From positions 1 through 24,897 of the IMG/VR virus record IMGVR_UViG_3300036546_000151: DNA of 24,897 nt; one strand, written 5' to 3'. The notes under the pieces were generated by a model. The model was not told where the DNA came from. It made no database searches and was given only the letters and a program-made list of their open reading frames with translations. Made by a program: the position numbers and the translations under genes. The DNA comes from a virus (Duplodnaviria > Caudoviricetes). Shown in pieces: positions 15,248-21,890 of this stretch (position 1 is the first letter of the stretch; the number at the start of each line of letters is the position of its first letter).

Positions 15248-16503
15248 GCAACACCTCCGAATAATGCTTCATAAAGAAAATCTGTTTTTCTTGGGTTTCC
15301 ACCAAGTTTCTTCCAATAACCTCGCCAAGTCTTATATGCGTTTTCAACTTGGTCTTGTGGTATTTGATTCTTTTTGAACTTACGCATTTTTCTACACATT
15401 CGAATCATACCACTTTTATCTGGTTTCATTGTTATTCGGCCTGTGGACGAATCGATACGATATTTACACTTTAAGAAAGTGAACCCTCTTGATAGTTTGA
15501 CAACTTGTGTCTTTTTAACATTCAGCTCAAGCCCGAATTCCCAGTATTTTCTTATCATATGGTCGAGAACGTCATTGGCTTCTTTCTTCGTACCAACAAT
15601 ACAGTAACTATCGTCCATATATCGTGCGTAATGCTTCAACCGAAGTGTTCTCTTCGCATAATCATCGATTTGATAGGGAAAGTATACAGATGCTATCTGT
15701 GAGGTTTGGGAACCGAGGCCTAGACCTTTTGAACCAAAAGCATCAATATATTGTTCTGTCAAGACCATTGAACGCTCATCGATGACGCCGTCAAGCATGT
15801 TGTACAACAAGTCATGCGAAATTGAATCAAAATACTTTTTACAGTCCATCAAAACAATATATCCCTCATTACCATATTCTCTAAAATGTCGTATCAGATG
15901 GACTTTTAATCTCTTGCGTGTAAAGAATGTGCCTTTTCCTTTTTGGCTTGCACCATTGTCGTATATCAATGGTTTTGTCAGTAAGGGTACAAGCGCGTTG
16001 TCACAAAGGGATTTCTGCACTACCCTTTCGGATATGTGTACAGACTTGATATGTCGTTGTTTTCCTCTTTCATTGATGTCAAATTCCTTGAATCCTTTTG
16101 TTACGATTTCACCTCTTTTCAGTTTACGTGAAGTATCGAGTATGTTGCGTAGAAGATGTTGTTCATATCTCTGAACCGAGTTCTTCCACGTAACGCCTTT
16201 TCTACATTTGTAATACGCTAGAAGAAGTGAGTAAGGGTCAGTGACGGTATCAAAGTCATGCGTATAGTCTGACTTGGCAATCTCTTGGCAACAGACGTCA
16301 TGACTGTATTTCGGGTTTTCACCACAGGTTTCTATCTCCTTTTCCAACAAATGATTTTCACATGTATCATGCTGTACATTTGTTGAAGAATCGGGGACAA
16401 CACCATTAGTATTGCTAGCATTGTTATTGTTAGAGTTACCTTGGTTGTTGGCATTACAAAAGTTGGTAGACGAATTTATAGATAGAAACCTTATCAATGT
16501 CAC
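15244..16503 (-). CDS. DGR reverse transcriptase
   Basis: ERGKQRHI, ERVVQ, KGKG, DCKKYFDSI, GLGLGSQTSQ (DGR-type SQ motif), RYMDD, FTFL. Start uncertain: GTG 16503 includes the TR; alternatives are TTG 16350/16347. Confidence 0.95.
   Translation of the reverse strand: MTLIRFLSINSSTNFCNANNQGNSNNNNASNTNGVVPDSSTNVQHDTCENHLLEKEIETCGENPKYSHDVCCQEIAKSDYTHDFDTVTDPYSLLLAYYKCRKGVTWKNSVQRYEQHLLRNILDTSRKLKRGEIVTKGFKEFDINERGKQRHIKSVHISERVVQKSLCDNALVPLLTKPLIYDNGASQKGKGTFFTRKRLKVHLIRHFREYGNEGYIVLMDCKKYFDSISHDLLYNMLDGVIDERSMVLTEQYIDAFGSKGLGLGSQTSQIASVYFPYQIDDYAKRTLRLKHYARYMDDSYCIVGTKKEANDVLDHMIRKYWEFGLELNVKKTQVVKLSRGFTFLKCKYRIDSSTGRITMKPDKSGMIRMCRKMRKFKKNQIPQDQVENAYKTWRGYWKKLGGNPRKTDFLYEALFGGVA
16254..16305 (-). 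other. Predicted stem-loop in the DGR spacer
   Basis: AGTCATG/CATGACT and GTCTG/CAGAC inverted pairs enclosing a direct repeat of TTGCCAAG. Confidence 0.5.
16326..16491. repeat. Perfect 12-bp inverted repeat flanking the TR
   Basis: AGGTTTCTATCT at 16326-16337 and AGATAGAAACCT at 16480-16491. Confidence 0.85.
16392..16477 (-). repeat. DGR template repeat (TR)
   Basis: 86-nt match to 16995-17080; 12 AAY codons; 12 of the 13 mismatches are at TR adenines on the coding strand. Confidence 0.96.
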
Positions 16504-16934
16504 TGTCCCTTACTCCCAATTATCTTATTCGTGCTTTTCTTCCAGCGTCTTAAAAGTTTCAATTCGTGGTCTATTTCATCAGAGAACATGATAATTTGTT
16601 TTACCTTTTGTGGGTACAAGTCCACTAGATATTCAAGTTCTTGTTCGAGCGTTGATACATAACCTATCGCATCATTCTGTAATAGCCTACGTTTGGTTAG
16701 CTCTTCTTGTGTTGTCGGATATATCTCGTTTGCACGAGTTATGGCTTCCATCATCTGCCCCATGAGTTCCAATATTCTCGTTTGTAGATAATATTCCAAC
16801 CCACGTGAATAGCAGAATTTGCTCTCATCACTGAACATTTGTTCCAACATCTTGGTGATGTCTCTACGTAAATCCCTTGCAGTTTTATAGAACTGCATGT
16901 TGGATATACTACGTTTTGACACAATGACACTCAT
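16500..16934 (-). CDS. avd: DGR accessory variability determinant (Avd-like four-helix bundle)
   Basis: 144-aa helical protein between VR and TR; MSVIVSKRS, ITRANEIYP, RRLLQNDAIG and C-terminal W motifs; AAGGAG SD. Confidence 0.85.
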   Translation of the reverse strand: MSVIVSKRSISNMQFYKTARDLRRDITKMLEQMFSDESKFCYSRGLEYYLQTRILELMGQMMEAITRANEIYPTTQEELTKRRLLQNDAIGYVSTLEQELEYLVDLYPQKVKQIIMFSDEIDHELKLLRRWKKSTNKIIGSKGQ

Positions 16935-16948
16935 ATTTTCTCCTTTAT

Positions 16949-16966
16949 GTCCCTCTTCCGAGGGAC
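16949..16966 (-). other. DGR target-recognition hairpin downstream of the VR
   Basis: GTCCCTC-GGAA-GAGGGAC on the coding strand: 7-bp stem, 4-nt loop, 14 nt after the target stop codon. Confidence 0.85.
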
Positions 16967-16980
16967 GGATTCACAGATAC

Positions 16981-18723
16981 TCAGATAAGAAAAGCGGGGA
17001 CAACACCAAGAGTTTTGCTAGCACGGTAATTGCCAGAGTTACCTTGGGTGTAGGCAAGACAAAAGTAGGTAGACGAATTTGCCGATGGTTCTGCTAACCA
17101 CCAAGACGAGCGTGAATTATTGTTTCGTTTTATCTTTCTATTTGGGTTCAGAGCAAAGAGTGCAAATTGTGTTTGTGTACCTGTCCCATAATTTGTGTGA
17201 GAAAAACCAGTTGTACCAAAAATATTTACATTTGTCGGGAGGAAAATTTTCTCGCTTCCCACCCATGCCCAGTTTGCAACCGTACCGATGATTCTATCTA
17301 CAGCTAATGGTTCAACAACCGTAGCCCCCCCACCATTGATAGCGGAAATTAATGCCGATTCAAATTGTTCGTGGAGCCAATGAAATAGCATACTACCGGG
17401 GTAATCTCCCGTTGTCGTATCCGTATCATTGAATTTAGCTGTTGTTGGGATGTCTTTGAACATCATGGTCACATGATGCTGGGAAGGTATAGCGGTATTA
17501 CCCGCTTGATAATAATCGTCAAATCCTACAATCTCCACCCTCAGTCTATTATAATCATTATTGATAGTGCGTGCAGGATACACCAGCGGATTTACTGAAT
17601 CTGCACTCATCGTTAAGGAGGGTAGGTCAATATAGTCTCCAAGTCTTAATTTTCTGAAACCGTCAAGATGGGTGTTGTATGAGCCGTTTTGATTGCAGTA
17701 TGTACGCAATGCTTGGAACGTCTCGGCAACCGTAGCAGTCCCGAACACGTCCATCAAGTTCCTTGGAGCAAAGCCCATTGTTTCTGCCATGGTCAGATTC
17801 AGACCATCGTTCACTGCTTTCTGGTTTGGATAGTAAGTCTCGGAGTTCTCTGATAGGGTGGACTTCTTGTTGGAAAGATTCTCTTTCTCTGCGATGGTAC
17901 TGAGCTGAGCGTACAGAGCATCAATCTCTGTGGTACGAGCACCCAGTGCTGTAATCTCGGTATTCAGTCCTGCCACGGTATTGACATTGGTGATATTATT
18001 CGCTACACTCGTCACATAGGCAACATTGTCAGCCACTATCTTGATGAGTGAGCTTGCACCCAGTCCAAGGTCTGTGGCTACGGCATTGACTGCACTGATG
18101 CTGGTGGCTACGGTGGTTATGTTGCTGTTGTTGCTTGCTACTGTGTTGATATTGGTGGAGTTGTTGTTTACGGCAGTAATGATGGCAAGCGCATCAGCCA
18201 CGGCACCAATGTTGTCCACACCTATCAAATCAGCACTTACCGCTTGAAAGCCGGGGTCGTTAAGAATCTCATCCCTGTATCCTTGTACCTCATCACGCAA
18301 CGCAGTAATCTCATCGAGTGTGGCAAGCAGTTGCCATTCCCCTTCCAAGTAAATGAGGAAGTACATGTCATTATACGAGAACACACCCATCCTAGTTTGT
18401 GGTGCAAGAAACACCCATGCTCCACTGGTGTACTCAGCGATGTAGTCATCGTATCCAACCCAATCCCCTGTTGCTGATGTACCTACGATATACCTATCAC
18501 CTTCTGTGGGTGAGACAGGCGGGGTTGAGGTCATGGTAAGGACTTCCTGTTGCCAGTCTACACCAAGGACTATTTCACCGAGCAGTTTTTCCTTGATACG
18601 AGCAGTAGTGACTTTCTTCATTTCTCCACTCTGCTCCATACCCATGAACTCACCGTGGGTCTCGGTGTCGAAGTAAATATCCGTTACTTCCTTGGTATTC
18701 TCGCTGTATTTGTATCGAGCCAT
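16981..18723 (-). CDS. Tail fibre / receptor-binding protein, the DGR target
   Basis: N-terminal DUF2793-like segment (PPVSPTEGDRYIV...ATGDW...W.F..P); ~10-aa shaft repeats; KENLSNK...YPNQKAV motif; C-terminal WWL...GVVPAF domain typical of CLec-fold DGR targets. Confidence 0.88.
   Translation of the reverse strand: MARYKYSENTKEVTDIYFDTETHGEFMGMEQSGEMKKVTTARIKEKLLGEIVLGVDWQQEVLTMTSTPPVSPTEGDRYIVGTSATGDWVGYDDYIAEYTSGAWVFLAPQTRMGVFSYNDMYFLIYLEGEWQLLATLDEITALRDEVQGYRDEILNDPGFQAVSADLIGVDNIGAVADALAIITAVNNNSTNINTVASNNSNITTVATSISAVNAVATDLGLGASSLIKIVADNVAYVTSVANNITNVNTVAGLNTEITALGARTTEIDALYAQLSTIAEKENLSNKKSTLSENSETYYPNQKAVNDGLNLTMAETMGFAPRNLMDVFGTATVAETFQALRTYCNQNGSYNTHLDGFRKLRLGDYIDLPSLTMSADSVNPLVYPARTINNDYNRLRVEIVGFDDYYQAGNTAIPSQHHVTMMFKDIPTTAKFNDTDTTTGDYPGSMLFHWLHEQFESALISAINGGGATVVEPLAVDRIIGTVANWAWVGSEKIFLPTNVNIFGTTGFSHTNYGTGTQTQFALFALNPNRKIKRNNNSRSSWWLAEPSANSSTYFCLAYTQGNSGNYRASKTLGVVPAFLI
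16995..17080 (-). repeat. DGR variable repeat (VR)
   Basis: Encodes NSSTYFCLAYTQGNSGNYRASKTLGVVP at the target C-terminus, versus NSSTNFCNANNQGNSNNNNASNTNGVVP in the TR. Confidence 0.96.
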
Positions 18724-18743
18724 ACAAAGTCTCCGTTTGTGTT

Positions 18744-18774
18744 ATTATAGACGAAATTGACGGAAATGTCAATT
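18744..18774 (-). promoter_or_regulatory. Perfect-consensus sigma70 promoter with an overlapping palindrome, upstream of the DGR target
   Basis: TTGACA (18772-18767), 17 nt, TATAAT (18749-18744); inverted repeat AATTGAC-N6-GTCAATT (18755-18774) covers the -35 box. Confidence 0.85.
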
Positions 18775-18777
18775 ATA

Positions 18778-21450
18778 CTATGGTACTATTTTAAGAGTGC
18801 CCCCGTCACGCCATATTCTTCCACTCTCTGATGGTGCTGATGTTGGTAAATTTTTTATGAACAACCTTTCTTGCGTTGAGTCCCATACAGTAATGCCCGT
18901 TATTGAATATGGGAAACTTCTTGCACTCCCAATACCATTAAAAGCACTTTCTACTGGTTTGGTTGGTGTTCCGTAGCTAGAGCTACCTGTGGCTATATAG
19001 AAATTACTCCAGCCCGTCAAATCTGTAATACCTTCTGGAGGGGTAGGGTATGGCGGGTAATTTACAGGCTCTGCGCCAACCCACCTATTTGTTATCCCTT
19101 TTATTTTTCTCAACACATATGTCATTGTTGAACCATTGCCCATTGTGAATATAATTGAACATGTACATATTATAGCACTCGTGCCATTGTAGATACGTTC
19201 ACCACCAGCCGTATACCCTCCTATTTCTAGTATCCTGTGAGGGGTAACTATGATATTTTCATATAGTACGCTTTGTGTCGCAATACTGTTTATTGTTGCA
19301 TCAATTTTTAATGACGTATTTGGTCCGATAAATTCAATCAACATTGAAATGAGTTGCTCTAGAGTTGTTACATCCGATTGTGGATACCCAGTGTCACCAC
19401 CTAGGATGGTTTGCAATGTAATGGTATCTAATTGCCCTTTGATAGTGCCGGAATCAGCATTGATATTTCCACTAAACACCCCATCCACCGCCTCGATGGT
19501 TCCGTCTGATTTAATCACTGTCTTGTCGTTTGGTGTATGTATATTTCCGTCAGCAGGGTCATACCAAAAGTGTGCTCCGAAATAAATCTTACCTGTCAGT
19601 GGTTCGACCTTGAAGAGTTTGTTGGCACCATACGTCACGTCCACACCATCGCTCTCATTAATCTTTGCCAAGAAATTACCACTCTGTACTCTCAATCTCT
19701 TGGTCACAATCAAGTCAGCATAAATCTCGGAGGCATAGATGGTTTTTCCACTGTCCTCTGCAAGCTGGAGAGCGTCCTTATAGGTCATGGCAAGAGCATC
19801 GGATTCCTCAGTGGCTACCCACGCTTCACCGTTATACACGTGTGCTTCACCGTAAACCTCGGCAGTCCCATCAGTGGTATTATCCATGAGCACCACATCA
19901 CCCACAACAGGGGAAGGAACATCGATGTTGGCAGGAGTAGTGGCAACCACTGCACCTCGGTATCCGGCAGTCTCGCTCTTCTGCAACTGAATCTTGCTGA
20001 TTTGAGTGATTGCTCCCTTCATCCCATTGACCACACAGCGGAACTTGACACTTGAGTCATTGTTGTAATACGAGCTGTTGTAGGCCACAGTCAGCGTGTT
20101 GGAGGTAGCACCTGCGATATTCAACCAAGAACCATTGCTTACGGTGAAGTAGCTCCACTGATAGGTGGGAGTAGGGAAGGTCGTGTCACAGAGCAGGTTG
20201 AAACTCGTGATACTCGGTTCATCCTCCACACCGAGCGGGTAGATGAAGTTGCCACTACCCTTGATTTGCACCTTTTCGGGTGTGTTTCCCCCCAACTGAT
20301 AGCGGACGGAGAGACTGCCACTCAGTGTACCATCAAACTCAAGCTCGGTACCCACGACAACGGCTTCCACGTCACCTCCGAACTCAGTACCGAGTGTGAT
20401 GGTATCGAGTATGTCAAGGGCAGGTTCCCCACGATAAGGAATATCTGCTGTGTTGCGGTACTTGATGAAGTGGTCGTAGACTATCCCACTCAGTGTCTCA
20501 CCCTCGGCAGTAGTTACGATGAACGGGTTCTCCACGGTCATGGTCTCCCCACCACCATTGAGGTCTGTCTCCACAGGGTCTCCGTACTCACTGTTCAGCG
20601 TGATGACCACCTTCTTCGGCATCTGCTCCTTGCGGTGCTCTGGTTCCTCTCCCTGCTGTGAAAGAGGGAGACTGTAGACCGCACTGACGCCTCGCTTGTC
20701 GTTGTCGAGGTGGATGTAACCGCCCCTGTCGATGTACATCTGCACACCACAAGCGTGGGCTATGGTCTGCAAGTGCTCCTTGGCAGAAATAGACTCGTCC
20801 TCTGTCTCACTGAGGGTGATGGCGGTGTTGAACGCATCGAGTTCCGGCCCTGTGATAATCTTCGGGTCTCCGTCCTCTTCCTTGGGATAATCGGTGAGAC
20901 TCAACACGTCCTTGGCGACCTGCGCAAGGGTGCGGTTCCCATAGGCATACAGGATATGCTCGTCCAAGAAGGAGAGGTAGTCCTTCGCACTGATGGTGGC
21001 GGTTGTCTTGCTGTAGGAGATTTCTCCGGAGGTGAACACCTCACCACCCGGTATCCATTCGGTGGCATAACCTTCCATGAATCCGTAAGGGACGTTCTCC
21101 TCCATGCCGTAGTCATGTTCCTCACCATCTGTGTAACCATAGTATTGCAGGTTGGGAATATCATAGCCGAACTCATAGGTCACAGGCACACCCTTGATGA
21201 TAAGGTCATGGAGACCGGATATGTCGTTGGGATTGAAGGAACCATCAAGGTTGACCAGTTCCATTTCCAGCTCAACGGCAGGAAGCTCACCTGCGATGAG
21301 GTGTGCGGTTTTCTTCTCAGTCACCTTCACGATGTCTGCGTTGGTGTATACAATGTCTCCTGTGGGATAATGGAACGTCAGCCTCATCCTTGACGGCCTA
21401 CGAACCATTTCCCCCATGCCCTCTAGATATATGCTACTTACTGTTTGCAT
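18778..21450 (-). CDS. Large tail tip / baseplate hub protein
   Basis: Follows the tape measure and distal tail genes; hub-like segments (LQTIAHACG..MYIDRGG; YRGEPALDILD), an Ig-like segment (PTYQW...IAGAT...FRC) and beta-helix-like repeats. TGATG-coupled ATG at 21450. Confidence 0.75.
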   Translation of the reverse strand: MQTVSSIYLEGMGEMVRRPSRMRLTFHYPTGDIVYTNADIVKVTEKKTAHLIAGELPAVELEMELVNLDGSFNPNDISGLHDLIIKGVPVTYEFGYDIPNLQYYGYTDGEEHDYGMEENVPYGFMEGYATEWIPGGEVFTSGEISYSKTTATISAKDYLSFLDEHILYAYGNRTLAQVAKDVLSLTDYPKEEDGDPKIITGPELDAFNTAITLSETEDESISAKEHLQTIAHACGVQMYIDRGGYIHLDNDKRGVSAVYSLPLSQQGEEPEHRKEQMPKKVVITLNSEYGDPVETDLNGGGETMTVENPFIVTTAEGETLSGIVYDHFIKYRNTADIPYRGEPALDILDTITLGTEFGGDVEAVVVGTELEFDGTLSGSLSVRYQLGGNTPEKVQIKGSGNFIYPLGVEDEPSITSFNLLCDTTFPTPTYQWSYFTVSNGSWLNIAGATSNTLTVAYNSSYYNNDSSVKFRCVVNGMKGAITQISKIQLQKSETAGYRGAVVATTPANIDVPSPVVGDVVLMDNTTDGTAEVYGEAHVYNGEAWVATEESDALAMTYKDALQLAEDSGKTIYASEIYADLIVTKRLRVQSGNFLAKINESDGVDVTYGANKLFKVEPLTGKIYFGAHFWYDPADGNIHTPNDKTVIKSDGTIEAVDGVFSGNINADSGTIKGQLDTITLQTILGGDTGYPQSDVTTLEQLISMLIEFIGPNTSLKIDATINSIATQSVLYENIIVTPHRILEIGGYTAGGERIYNGTSAIICTCSIIFTMGNGSTMTYVLRKIKGITNRWVGAEPVNYPPYPTPPEGITDLTGWSNFYIATGSSSYGTPTKPVESAFNGIGSARSFPYSITGITVWDSTQERLFIKNLPTSAPSESGRIWRDGGTLKIVP

Positions 21451-21890
21451 CAGTATAACTCCTCTGCCCCTGTGTCGATGAAATTCACGGTACAATCAAG
21501 CCACGACATGACTTCCTTGGTCGTCTGGTTCAGTCTGAACGGCGTGGCAGTCCTATCACCGGGGTAGAACTGCCTACACTTGAAAGTACCTGCTTGCATA
21601 TCGAAGTACTTAATCCACACATAGAAGTTCTCGCTTCCGGTGAGAATCTTGCTGAGAATAGCCGACCACTGTGAGGCGGTCAAATATTTCCAACTCACCT
21701 CAATCTTCACCAAGTCCCTGTCGAGCACCCGCTGTGCATAGACCACACCATCGGAGGAACGTCCGCTGTTCACCATCGTGCTTGCCGTCTGCTTTGCACT
21801 CGAGTATGAGGGTGCGGGCAAGAGCAATGCGTTTGCATTGTTCTCTGCGTCACTCTTGTCTTTGTACATTGTCAGAAATGTAGCCATCAA
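21450..21890 (-). CDS. Putative distal tail protein (DUF6711-like)
   Basis: LPAPS...SGRSSDG...KIEVSWKYL...FYPGDR; sits directly after the tape measure gene. Start 21890 or 21887. Confidence 0.7.
   Translation of the reverse strand: MMATFLTMYKDKSDAENNANALLLPAPSYSSAKQTASTMVNSGRSSDGVVYAQRVLDRDLVKIEVSWKYLTASQWSAILSKILTGSENFYVWIKYFDMQAGTFKCRQFYPGDRTATPFRLNQTTKEVMSWLDCTVNFIDTGAEELY

Noticed and set aside
15244-16503. RT as a group II intron, retron or Abi RT
   Set aside because: No maturase/endonuclease domain or retron VTG motif; the TR/VR pair, avd and SQ motif identify a DGR.
16949-16966. Hairpin as an intrinsic terminator
   Set aside because: No U-tract follows it on the coding strand; its position and 4-nt loop fit the DGR target hairpin.
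18090-18180. AAC-rich stretch in the fibre gene as a second TR or VR
   Set aside because: It encodes the ~10-aa Asn/Thr/Val shaft repeats and has no near-identical partner in the window.
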